From contig OY771587.1 in the NCBI GenBank assembly GCA_963674825.1, forward strand, positions 3,104,001-3,168,000: a DNA stretch of 64,000 nt. The letters are read 5' to 3'. The first letter of the stretch is position 1, and every line of letters begins with the position of its first letter. A program made the position numbers and the translations under genes. This document shows, in pieces, positions 55,284 to 64,000 of this stretch. This DNA comes from Candidatus Cloacimonadales bacterium (GTDB lineage Bacteria > Cloacimonadota > Cloacimonadia > Cloacimonadales > JAIOQZ01). The notes under the pieces were generated by a model, which saw nothing but the letters and a program-made list of their open reading frames with translations, searched no databases and had not been told where the DNA came from.

Positions 55284-57418
55284 TATTCCTCCCGAAAGAT
55301 CCGTTCTGGAATCAGCGGAATTTCGTTAATTGATTTGCCCGACGCATTCAGAAAAGCATTGCGTAGCGCCGCAGCAGGGAAGTCCATGGGAATTTCGCCC
55401 AGTCCCTTTGCGACGGTGGAATTGGTGTGGATGAATTCCACCACAAATTCGGGTGCGTCCAGCGAGGTGGGCAGAACGTAATCGGTAAATCCGTTCATGC
55501 GTCCCATACCCTCCTTCTCGAAGTACTCGGAGAGCCCCCAGAAGATGCCTTGCGTGATGCCGCCGATCGCTTGTCCGATGGCGACATCGTGGTTAATCAC
55601 CTTGCCGATGTCCAGGACGGCCCAGACCTTCACAGGCTCGACGGTCCAGGTGTCGGGATCGTACGCGATTTCGATGGCGCACGCAGCCCAGCTATAGTCT
55701 TTGTAGCCGGTGCCTTTGTAGGTTTCTTCGTCAAACACGACCGATTCGTCCGGCGTGAAGTGAGCGCGTCTTTCCATGGGGAATTCGGCTGGATGCTGTC
55801 TGATGTACTCTTCGAGCGATGTGTCGCCGATTTCGGCGCGAATCTCTCTCGCAAGCTTGCGCAGCAGATTGCCGATGATGTAGATGGTTCGCGAGGCGAC
55901 GGTTGGCCCGCTATTGGGCGCTTTCGAGGTGTCGGGGAACATATAGATCGTCTTTTCGAGCGGGTGTCCGAGTTCTTCCGCGACGCATTGCGCCAGCGTT
56001 GTCTGCACGCCTTGTCCCATTTCGGTATTGATTACGTAAATTTTTACGGTGGCGTCTTTTTCGATCACAACTTTAATTTCCGACTTTAACACCTTCTCAC
56101 CGTTACCCGTGTAGCCACCGCCATGCAATGCCAGCGAAAGCCCGATGCCCTTTTTCAGGCGATGGGTGCTGTTATACGCGGCGAAATCTTTTGCTTTTGC
56201 TTCGTAGTCGGAGAGATCGAGTAATCTTTCCAGCGTGTCATGGATATGGTTTTCAGGCACAGGCTGGGTTGTCGGCATTTTATCGCCGGATTTGAAGAGG
56301 TTTCTGCGGCGGAACTCGAGCGGATTGAGCCCCACTTTCTTCGCCAGGTCATCCATGTGCGATTCGATAGCGAAGAGCGACTGCGGCGCTCCGAATCCAC
56401 GGAATGCGCCGTTGGGCGGTGTGTTGCTGCGGATCAGCCTACCGTGGACATAGATATCGTCGCACTTATAGCAACCACCCGCATGCAGGACACCGCGAGC
56501 CAGAACCACCGGTGAAAGCGTCTGGTAAAATCCCGCGTCCAGCCGGTAATCTACCGAGAGCTTGCGCAGGGTGAAGTCGTTGGGATCAAGCCACGATTCG
56601 ATCTCGGTACGCGAGGGATGCCGCTTGGTCGTCACCTGAATATCGACAGCACGGTCGAGGATGGTTTTGACCGGTTTGCCCGAGCGATAGCTGAGCAGGG
56701 CTGTAACTCCCGCGATAATATTCGGGAAGTCTTCTTTGCCTCCAAATGCGCCCCCGATTCCTTCGGCAACCTGTACGATTGTCCCTTCTATCTTGCTGCC
56801 CATGATCTGATCAACAGCCGATTTGACGAAGTAGGGACATTGCATGGTGCCACGGATATTCATGATGCGGGTCTCAGCATCGAAACGGGCGATCATGCCC
56901 TGGGGCTCGAGGTAGGCCTGCTCCTGGTGTGGGGTGTAATAGACGGAGCGTGTGTGAATCCACATCGGATCAATGTCGTGATGCGTGCCGTGGTCGATTA
57001 CGATTTCGCGACCAAAAGCGTTATGGGCGTCGTCCAGCGCAGCTTTTGTCGCGGTCAGCGCTGGGAATTCGTCTACCTCGATTTTAATGCCTTCGACGAA
57101 GCTTCGTACCGTCTCGCGATCGGGATGCGCCACGCCGAGGATGGGCTGGCCTTTGTAGCCGATATGCTGCTCGACGAGAAAAAGTTGATCTGAAACCGGC
57201 TCGGGGACGATGTTTTCACCTGGTATGTCGCCAGAAAAGACGAGGGTGAATTCGGTAAGATCGAACGCGGTGGGGAAGATGATCTTGTTAATTTTACCCG
57301 CATGCACCGGCGAAAAGAAGATCGCGCCTTCAAGCATGCCATCTTCGCGATAATCGTCAATGTATTTCGTTATGCCGGTGAGCTTTGCGTGAGAATCTAC
57401 TCGTATTGGACTTTTCAT
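55283..57418 (-). CDS. Xanthine dehydrogenase-family molybdopterin-binding subunit
   Basis: QAYLEP, GGAFGGKE, AFRGFGAPQ, EMGQG, GPTVASR, KGLGE; start reassigned to 57418. Confidence 0.94.
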   Translation of the reverse strand: MKSPIRVDSHAKLTGITKYIDDYREDGMLEGAIFFSPVHAGKINKIIFPTAFDLTEFTLVFSGDIPGENIVPEPVSDQLFLVEQHIGYKGQPILGVAHPDRETVRSFVEGIKIEVDEFPALTATKAALDDAHNAFGREIVIDHGTHHDIDPMWIHTRSVYYTPHQEQAYLEPQGMIARFDAETRIMNIRGTMQCPYFVKSAVDQIMGSKIEGTIVQVAEGIGGAFGGKEDFPNIIAGVTALLSYRSGKPVKTILDRAVDIQVTTKRHPSRTEIESWLDPNDFTLRKLSVDYRLDAGFYQTLSPVVLARGVLHAGGCYKCDDIYVHGRLIRSNTPPNGAFRGFGAPQSLFAIESHMDDLAKKVGLNPLEFRRRNLFKSGDKMPTTQPVPENHIHDTLERLLDLSDYEAKAKDFAAYNSTHRLKKGIGLSLALHGGGYTGNGEKVLKSEIKVVIEKDATVKIYVINTEMGQGVQTTLAQCVAEELGHPLEKTIYMFPDTSKAPNSGPTVASRTIYIIGNLLRKLAREIRAEIGDTSLEEYIRQHPAEFPMERRAHFTPDESVVFDEETYKGTGYKDYSWAACAIEIAYDPDTWTVEPVKVWAVLDIGKVINHDVAIGQAIGGITQGIFWGLSEYFEKEGMGRMNGFTDYVLPTSLDAPEFVVEFIHTNSTVAKGLGEIPMDFPAAALRNAFLNASGKSINEIPLIPERIFREE

Positions 57419-57484
57419 ATTTACCTCAACCATCTTGAGGGATGGCAATTTATTAAACTCAACCAACAATCTTGGTAAATGCGA

Positions 57485-58645
57485 TCAAATAAGGCAAGAA
57501 CTTTCGATATCTGGCCGCACCGCCGGGGGGATTTCGTAGCTTGCAGCGAAGGCTGAAGGATCTTTCAAGCCGCAGCCGGTATTGAGCACAACTGGGGTCT
57601 CGCCCGTGTCTTTTTGCTTCAAGAATCCCGCAAAAGCCGCTGCTGCCGCAGGTTCGCTGAATATGCCGTAGTCCCGCGCGAGAATTCTCATCGCATCGCG
57701 GATCTCGTCATCGGTGACGGCGATGGTGTTGCCATTGTACTTGCGGAGTAAGTCGCGTGTCATGTAAAAATTCCGTGGATAATCGACGCTGATGGAGTCG
57801 GCGAAGGTGGTAGCGCGTTGCATCTGGAAACCCTTGGTAAAGAGGTTGCGGATTAGGTTGTCGCTCTGCAAAGATTGCACGGCGTGGATGCGCGGCATGG
57901 CCGGGATAAGACCTGCCAGCATGAGGTCTTCGAAACCGCGGTAGATTCCCGCGATAATAACGCCGTCGCCTACCGGAACGAATACATCACTGGGTGCCTG
58001 GCCCGAGAAATCAGCGTAAAGCTCGAATGCGCAGGTCTTTTTACCCTCGATGGTCAGCGGATTCCAGGCGGTGTTGCGATTGAACCATCCTTGCTCCTCG
58101 CAGGCTCTGGCACAGAGATCGAAGGCATCGTCGTAGGTACCGTCCACAGGGATGAGTTTCGCACCATAGGCGAGGATTTGCAGGAGCTTGTTTTTGGGCG
58201 CTTTCGCTGGTGCGAAGACAATGGCTTTCTGCCCGTTGGAGGCTGCGATACCGGCCAGAGAGCTCCCCGCGTTGCCTGTGGAGGCTGCTGCGATCACTTC
58301 GTAACCTTTTTCGGCCGCGAAGGCACAAACGATATCCGACGCGCGATCCTTGTAAGAGAAGGTGGGATTGCGTGAGTCGTCCTTAAGGTAGAATGCCTTG
58401 CCGCGCGAAAGCTTATAGAGCGGTGTGTTGCCGACATTAAGCGGTGATAGATGCCGGTATGACTCGATGGGCAGAAAAGGCAGGAACCTATCGGCGATCA
58501 GGGTGTCCGGATCGTATGCCTGACTGGTGTAGTCGTACACGACTTTCAAGATTCCTTTGGGTGGATTTTCGTCAGTGGCGCACTTCGGGCAACGATAGAG
58601 AAATTCATTGTATTCAGCGCCACATGTTGTGCATTGGTATTTCAT
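57485..58645 (-). CDS. thrC: Threonine synthase-like PLP-dependent enzyme
   Basis: CxxC...CxxC N-terminus, NPTFSYKDRA, ASTGNAG, EGKKT, PVGDG; start reassigned to MKYQC at 58645. Confidence 0.8.
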   Translation of the reverse strand: MKYQCTTCGAEYNEFLYRCPKCATDENPPKGILKVVYDYTSQAYDPDTLIADRFLPFLPIESYRHLSPLNVGNTPLYKLSRGKAFYLKDDSRNPTFSYKDRASDIVCAFAAEKGYEVIAAASTGNAGSSLAGIAASNGQKAIVFAPAKAPKNKLLQILAYGAKLIPVDGTYDDAFDLCARACEEQGWFNRNTAWNPLTIEGKKTCAFELYADFSGQAPSDVFVPVGDGVIIAGIYRGFEDLMLAGLIPAMPRIHAVQSLQSDNLIRNLFTKGFQMQRATTFADSISVDYPRNFYMTRDLLRKYNGNTIAVTDDEIRDAMRILARDYGIFSEPAAAAAFAGFLKQKDTGETPVVLNTGCGLKDPSAFAASYEIPPAVRPDIESSCLI

Positions 58646-58686
58646 AAGAGCTCCATGTTGCCCCATGACATAGGGATAAGGGGAGA

Positions 58687-59196
58687 TTAGACTGTTAGAA
58701 ATCGATTGTATGCTTCGAATGTAATCTGATCGAAGCATACCAGGATCACCTTCTCGATATCGGGATGGTCTTTGAGCGCGTCCCTGATGGCATTGATGGC
58801 GATTTCGGTGGCACGTTCGAGCGGAAAACCGTACGCTCCTGTGCTGATCGCCGGGAAAGCAATCGACTTCAGGTTGTGGCCGGATGCGACGCGAATGCTC
58901 TCCGTGTAACAGCTTCGTAGCAGTTCGTCCTCGTTGTGTTCGCCGCCGCGCCAGATGGGTCCGACCGTGTGAATAATGTATTTCGCCGGCAGCTTGAATC
59001 CGGGTGTGAGCTTGGCCATGCCTGTCTTGCAGCCTCCGAGTTTTCGTGTGCATTCCAGGAGTTCTTTACCGGCGCAACGGTGAATCGCGCCATCCACGCC
59101 GCCACCGCCCAAGAGGGATGTGTTGGCCGCGTTGACTATCGCGTCCGTGGCATAGCGGGTGATATCACCCTGTTGTACCTCGATCTTGCTAATCAT
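58687..59196 (-). CDS. Macrodomain O-acetyl-ADP-ribose deacetylase (YmdB-like)
   Basis: GDIT, AIVNAAN..LLGGGGVDGAIH, HTVGP, FPAISTGAYGFP. Confidence 0.95.
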   Translation of the reverse strand: MISKIEVQQGDITRYATDAIVNAANTSLLGGGGVDGAIHRCAGKELLECTRKLGGCKTGMAKLTPGFKLPAKYIIHTVGPIWRGGEHNEDELLRSCYTESIRVASGHNLKSIAFPAISTGAYGFPLERATEIAINAIRDALKDHPDIEKVILVCFDQITFEAYNRFLTV

Positions 59197-62026
59197 GCTT
59201 TTTCCTAAACCAGCCGGAGACCATGTCAATCATCTCGACCGGATTGGTTGCGTTACGGATTCGCGTTGGTGTGATCTGTGTGAAAAACTTGCCGTAGTAC
59301 TTGGTTTCCAGGCGTTTATCGAGGATCATGACCACGCCGCGATCGGTCTTGTGACGGATCAGCCTGCCGAAGCCCTGCCGGTATTTCAGCAGTGCATTTG
59401 GTAGCATGTAGTGCATGAACGAATCCTTGCCCTGATCCTTGAGTCTCTCCAGATAGGCTTCCACGATCGGATCGGTGGGTACCTGGAATGGCAGCTTGTA
59501 TAAGATCAATAAAGATAACGATTTACCTTGTACGTCGATCCCTTCCCAGAATGACGATGTACCCAGGAGAACCGCGTTTCCGTGGTCGCGGAACTGGTCC
59601 AGCATCGCACTGCGGCTGAGTCCCTTGCCCTGTGCAAGAAGCGGAACATTGCTCTGATACATGGTTTCGCTGAGGTTCTCGTACATGCTGTTGAGGTCTT
59701 TGTAGGAGGTGAATAGCACCATGGAGCCGACTTTCGAAGCAAGGATTGTCTCCCGCAGAAGGGTGATTGCCTGATTGCTGAAGAATCGATCGGTGTGCTC
59801 CGGCAGGAAACCCGCGATGCAGACTTCTGTCTGTTGCTCGTAATCGAATGGTGAGGGAACCACCAGTTCACGTACCTCGCGCTCTTCGATCATCGAAACG
59901 CCCACGCGCGTGGAAAAATACTTGAAAGCCCCGCGTAACGCAAGTGTGGCAGATGTGAAGACGATGGTCGGGATCCTGGTGTAAAGCAGGTCGTTGAGCT
60001 TCTCATCGACATTCAACGGTGCGAAATTTATAATGCCGTTGGGAACCTCAGGGTCTTTGGAGTAAAATGACGACATCCAGAAAACAGTGTTGGCGAAATC
60101 GGGCCTCAGAAGTTGCTCGAAGATCGTGAGGAACTCCTTGCATCGATCGATTGCACCGTCGAGGTGCGTCATGTGCGTATCGTAATCGACGAAACTTTCG
60201 TGCGGGATATCGACCATCGCGTTGCGCAGCGTGGTCAGTTCGCCCTTCATCTCGTCGAAATACTTCATCAGCTTGACGGTTTCGCTCTCCAGGAATGGAT
60301 ATTCGCTGTTGTCATGCACGCGCAGCTTGCCATACGCGCCCTTGCTATCGACAATTTTACCTGCTTCCAGGAAGAGTGCAGGCATATCATCGTTTTCGAC
60401 AGCCTTTTGGATTTCCTCGATCTTGTTGTGGATGAATTCCTTTGTCGTTTTATCGATATTGCTTTTCGTGACGGCTGCTTTTAGCTGGGGTAGAATCCCG
60501 CTTTGGAACTTACCGCGTTGCGAGAATATTTGCCGAATGAAATAGACCATATCCATATGCCCGATAGATACGCCCAGATGACTGGAGGCGATATCGGGGA
60601 GGTTGTGGGCTTCATCGATGACCAGCTTGTCGTATTCGCCGAGCGTGGCGTTGTTTGAGAGCAGATCCGAAAGCATCAGCGAGTGATTGACGATCACGAT
60701 ATTGGCGTTTTCTTGTGCTTTGCGAACGCGCATCAGGTAGCAGCTCTTGTAAGAACCGCATTTCCGTCCGATACAGAAGTGTCGTTCGGTGCAGGTCTTT
60801 CTCCAGAGCGATTTGAATCTCGTTCTCGAAAAAGAGCTGTTTTCTGACACATCTCCGGTTTTGGTGTAGTACATCCACATTTCCAATAACAGGAGGCCGT
60901 CGGCTTCGTAAGGAGAGAGGTTGCCCTGGATATCGAAATGGAGGTCGTCCCATTTACGCTGGCACACATAGTTGTCGCGTCCCTTGAGAATCACTGCTGT
61001 GAAGGGGATATCGACGCTCTTCATCACCTGCGGAAGATCCTTACTGAAGAGCTGCTCCTGCAAGTTTTTGGTGTTGGTGGTTACGACGACTTTACTTCGC
61101 TCTCGATGTGTATGGCGAATCGATGGGATCAGGTAGGCAAGCGATTTTCCGACGCCGGTTCCAGCCTCAACCAAGAGGTAGTTTTTCTTGCGGTAGGCAT
61201 GCTCCACAGCGTGGGCCATCTCGATCTGACCTTCGCGTAGCTCGTAGCCGGAGAATGTTTTCGAGAAGCGTCCGCCATTGTCGAAGATCTCTTCGATGGT
61301 ATCGATGGAGGTCTCGTCTGGCTTGTGCTCGAGGATGTTATCCGGCAATGTGAAGAGTCGTGGTTTGGGTTTGTTTTTACTGAGAAGAGCGTATTTGCGT
61401 TGGTGATCGACCACCTTCTCCAGAAATCCGGCGGATTCACGTCCCGCTACGTCCATCAGTTGCGAGATGGTATGGTTAAGCTTGAGCGGCACCTCGTCGA
61501 TGATGAAATTGACCAGCTTCGAGAAAAGAAGCGCTGTTGACCGTGCGTCGTGAATGGCGCGGTGCGCCGATTCGTTTTCGATCCCGAAGTATTCCAGAAC
61601 GGTTCCAAGCTTGTGGTCGCGGATAAACGGCAGGTAGATACGCGCCAGCTCCAGCGTGTCCCACTGCGGATTGTGCAGTTTGAATTGCCCGATCTTTTCC
61701 AGATGCGTGTTGATGAATCCGATATCGAAGGGTGTATTGTGGCAAACGATTGGAGCATCACCAAGAAAAGCCTGAAGTCGCTTGAGCGCAACATTTGACG
61801 AGAGCCCGGAAGCAAGCTGAGCATCCGTGATGTTGGTTAGCATTTTGATGAACGTCGGTACCGGTTTTGTTGGCTTGACGAACTCGGAAAACTCCTCGGT
61901 CACCTCGCCGTTGACGGTGCGGATCGCCGCAATCTCGATGATCTCCTCGTTATACGGATCGAGCCCCGTGGTTTCGATATCGAGCGTTATAAAGTGTGAT
62001 GCAGGCTCAAAGTTTATCGAGACCAT
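59189..62026 (-). CDS. dinG: DEDDh exonuclease-DinG family helicase fusion
   Basis: LDIETTG/HN..FD/HRA..D; EAGTGVGKS, DEAH, TSATL, FWEGID, QGFGRLIR. Confidence 0.92.
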   Translation of the reverse strand: MVSINFEPASHFITLDIETTGLDPYNEEIIEIAAIRTVNGEVTEEFSEFVKPTKPVPTFIKMLTNITDAQLASGLSSNVALKRLQAFLGDAPIVCHNTPFDIGFINTHLEKIGQFKLHNPQWDTLELARIYLPFIRDHKLGTVLEYFGIENESAHRAIHDARSTALLFSKLVNFIIDEVPLKLNHTISQLMDVAGRESAGFLEKVVDHQRKYALLSKNKPKPRLFTLPDNILEHKPDETSIDTIEEIFDNGGRFSKTFSGYELREGQIEMAHAVEHAYRKKNYLLVEAGTGVGKSLAYLIPSIRHTHRERSKVVVTTNTKNLQEQLFSKDLPQVMKSVDIPFTAVILKGRDNYVCQRKWDDLHFDIQGNLSPYEADGLLLLEMWMYYTKTGDVSENSSFSRTRFKSLWRKTCTERHFCIGRKCGSYKSCYLMRVRKAQENANIVIVNHSLMLSDLLSNNATLGEYDKLVIDEAHNLPDIASSHLGVSIGHMDMVYFIRQIFSQRGKFQSGILPQLKAAVTKSNIDKTTKEFIHNKIEEIQKAVENDDMPALFLEAGKIVDSKGAYGKLRVHDNSEYPFLESETVKLMKYFDEMKGELTTLRNAMVDIPHESFVDYDTHMTHLDGAIDRCKEFLTIFEQLLRPDFANTVFWMSSFYSKDPEVPNGIINFAPLNVDEKLNDLLYTRIPTIVFTSATLALRGAFKYFSTRVGVSMIEEREVRELVVPSPFDYEQQTEVCIAGFLPEHTDRFFSNQAITLLRETILASKVGSMVLFTSYKDLNSMYENLSETMYQSNVPLLAQGKGLSRSAMLDQFRDHGNAVLLGTSSFWEGIDVQGKSLSLLILYKLPFQVPTDPIVEAYLERLKDQGKDSFMHYMLPNALLKYRQGFGRLIRHKTDRGVVMILDKRLETKYYGKFFTQITPTRIRNATNPVEMIDMVSGWFRKKHD

Positions 62027-64000
62027 ACCGCTTCATTTTCTTGATGAGACCCTGCCGACTGAGGCCGAGGTCCTTGGATGCTTGCGTCTGGTTGTTCGCA
62101 CGTGTCTCCAGCGCGTTGACGATCATCTTTCGTTCGAGGTCTTCCACGGCATCCTTGAGCGTTGTCTTGCCCAGAAGATCGACCGTTTCAGCGTTCTCCG
62201 CGTACTTGAATACTTCTTCGGAGAGATCGGACGGCTTGATGAATGCTTCGTTTTCTGCCAGAGTCACTGCACGCTCGATTTCGTTTTCGAGCTGACGGAT
62301 ATTGCCTGGCCAGTCACAATTTTGCAGATATTTCATGGCTTCGTCGGTGATACCGAGTACATTCTTGCTCATTTTCTTGTTGTATTTATCGAGGAAGTGA
62401 ATTCCCAGCAGCGGGATATCCGATTTACGTTCCTTGAGTGACGGCACCTTGATCTTGATCACGTTCAGGCGATAGTAAAGGTCGAGACGGAATTCACCCG
62501 ACTTGACTTTGTCGCTCAGCGAGACGTTCGTAGCACAGATAACGCGTACATCAACTTTCTGCGTTTTGGTAGAACCAACCCGTTTGATCTCGCCTTCTTG
62601 CAGGAAGCGGAGCAGTTTGGCCTGTGTGGAAAGGCTGATATCGGCGATTTCATCCAGGAAGAAAGTACCGCCGTCAGCGATCTCGAAGAGACCTTTTTTA
62701 TCGTATGCTGCGCCGGTGAAAGCGCCTTTAACGTGACCGAACAGTTCCGACTCGAGCAGTGTTTCCGGTAACGCACCGCAGTACTGGGCCACGAATTTCT
62801 TGTTACGCCTGTTGCTGGTGTAATGAATCGCGCGTGCAATCAATTCCTTACCGGTTCCACTGGGGCCTTCCAGCAGTACCGTCGTAGGTGTGTTCTTGAT
62901 TTTATCGATGACCTGGAATATCTCCTGCATCTTCTCGCTTTTACCGATGATGTTGGTAAACCAGTTCGCAGCATTAAGCTCTTCGCGGATGATTGCATGA
63001 GACTTGGCCAGATTGCTGTGTCGTATATTTTCGATGATAACCACGATCTGGTTGCAGAGTGCGCTCATCAGATTATAAATCTTTTCTGTGAAATAGTGGC
63101 TGCCGTGCTTGCTGAAGAGCAGCACCACGCCGAGGATATTGTTGCGGATGACCAATGGGAACGAGATGATGTTATTGAACTGAGGAGCCTCGTGTGGCTG
63201 CTTCATGTTCTTGCCCTGAGATGACGTGAAAGTCTCCTGGATGTAATGCATCAGGATGTCGTATTCTTCGTTCTCGTTCGAGAAATTCTTGAAGATCGTG
63301 TATTCCCAAGAATCCGGGACGGAGCTGCTGTTGTATAGGCATAGGATACCGCCGTCGGCTTCGGAAAGACTGACCAGATTATCCAGTGCGGAATCGATCA
63401 ATACTTCGAAATCGGATACTTCGTTCAGCTTCTGAGTGATCTCATAGAAACGATTGAGCAGTGATTCCTGGCTGCGGCTCTCTTTGAGCTCGATCGCGTG
63501 CTCCTTCGTGATTTTCTGGATAAGGATGTCGTTCTTCTCCAGGAACTTGATCGCATCGAAATCCTTGATGATCTTCTTGTTGTTTTGAAGGATCTGGAGT
63601 GCTTGTTCCCACTCCTGCTTTTCGAAGAGAATACAGGCGTATTCATAGTTAGCTTGCGCGAGTTCGAAGTTATTCTTTGTCTCGACGAAAATCTCGATCG
63701 CCTGTTTGAGGTAATCCTGCGCGACGTCGATGTTTTTACGTTCAAGCAGTGCCATAAGGTAGTAAGAGTTACCTATATCGACCCGGCTGTTGATTGCTTC
63801 GGCCATCTTAATCGAATGCTCGAGATAGTACACGGCGCTTTCGTAGTTGCGTGTCTGAATGAAATAGTATGCCTGTTTCTGGCAGGCTTCGATCATCAGC
63901 TTATCTTTGCTGTTGATGCTTTTGAAGAAGTCGTAACTCTCCACCAGATAAGCATATGCCTTGCCATATTTGTGAAGGTGAGTGAGGATACTGCCTAAGT
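62007..64000 (-). CDS. Sigma54-dependent activator with TPR, GAF, AAA+ and Fis-HTH (5'-truncated by window edge)
   Basis: GPSGTGKE, ESELFGH, GAFTGA, FLDEI, WPGNIRQL, HTH; frame open to window end. Confidence 0.94.
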   Translation of the reverse strand, partial: LGSILTHLHKYGKAYAYLVESYDFFKSINSKDKLMIEACQKQAYYFIQTRNYESAVYYLEHSIKMAEAINSRVDIGNSYYLMALLERKNIDVAQDYLKQAIEIFVETKNNFELAQANYEYACILFEKQEWEQALQILQNNKKIIKDFDAIKFLEKNDILIQKITKEHAIELKESRSQESLLNRFYEITQKLNEVSDFEVLIDSALDNLVSLSEADGGILCLYNSSSVPDSWEYTIFKNFSNENEEYDILMHYIQETFTSSQGKNMKQPHEAPQFNNIISFPLVIRNNILGVVLLFSKHGSHYFTEKIYNLMSALCNQIVVIIENIRHSNLAKSHAIIREELNAANWFTNIIGKSEKMQEIFQVIDKIKNTPTTVLLEGPSGTGKELIARAIHYTSNRRNKKFVAQYCGALPETLLESELFGHVKGAFTGAAYDKKGLFEIADGGTFFLDEIADISLSTQAKLLRFLQEGEIKRVGSTKTQKVDVRVICATNVSLSDKVKSGEFRLDLYYRLNVIKIKVPSLKERKSDIPLLGIHFLDKYNKKMSKNVLGITDEAMKYLQNCDWPGNIRQLENEIERAVTLAENEAFIKPSDLSEEVFKYAENAETVDLLGKTTLKDAVEDLERKMIVNALETRANNQTQASKDLGLSRQGLIKKMKRYGLDKL

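Noticed and set aside
52893..57418. Selenocysteine readthrough in the Mo-hydroxylase cluster
   Set aside because: All four ORFs appear full length with no internal TGA requiring recoding.
58646..59053. Long N-terminal extension of the ThrC-like ORF
   Set aside because: It is an alternate-frame overlap with the macrodomain gene; the real start is MKYQC at 58645.

Overview
Bacterial chromosome segment, roughly 50% GC by eye. The 16S sequence and three secreted proteins ending in an 'NYPNPFNP...' FlgD-Ig/T9SS-like C-terminal domain suggest Ca. Cloacimonadota (FCB group); this is inference from recalled features, not a database hit. Core content: a thyX-like C-terminus, tpiA, serS, a complete rrn operon (16S-tRNA-Ile-tRNA-Ala-23S-5S), a LemA/TPM cluster, an M14 carboxypeptidase, a CotH-like kinase, a PAS-HD-GYP protein, a TPR plus beta-barrel pair, tRNA-Gly and tRNA-Asn, alr, tag, a GldAFG-like ABC system, an FG-GAP repeat protein, a molybdenum hydroxylase cluster, a macrodomain protein, an exonuclease-DinG fusion and a partial sigma54 activator. 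Four observations stand out. (1) Three tandem cytoplasmic TPR-HisKA proteins lack any ATPase domain and are followed by a free TtrS-like periplasmic domain, an HDOD protein and an MBL hydrolase, possibly an unusual split signalling module. (2) A ~1 kb integrase-free, single-gene, AT-rich islet is bounded by a 30-bp duplication of the tRNA-Gly 3' end. (3) The secreted carboxypeptidase carries a dockerin. (4) The Xdh cluster includes a DHOD/DPD-like flavoprotein whose catalytic Cys motif is replaced. No CRISPR array or transposase was seen.
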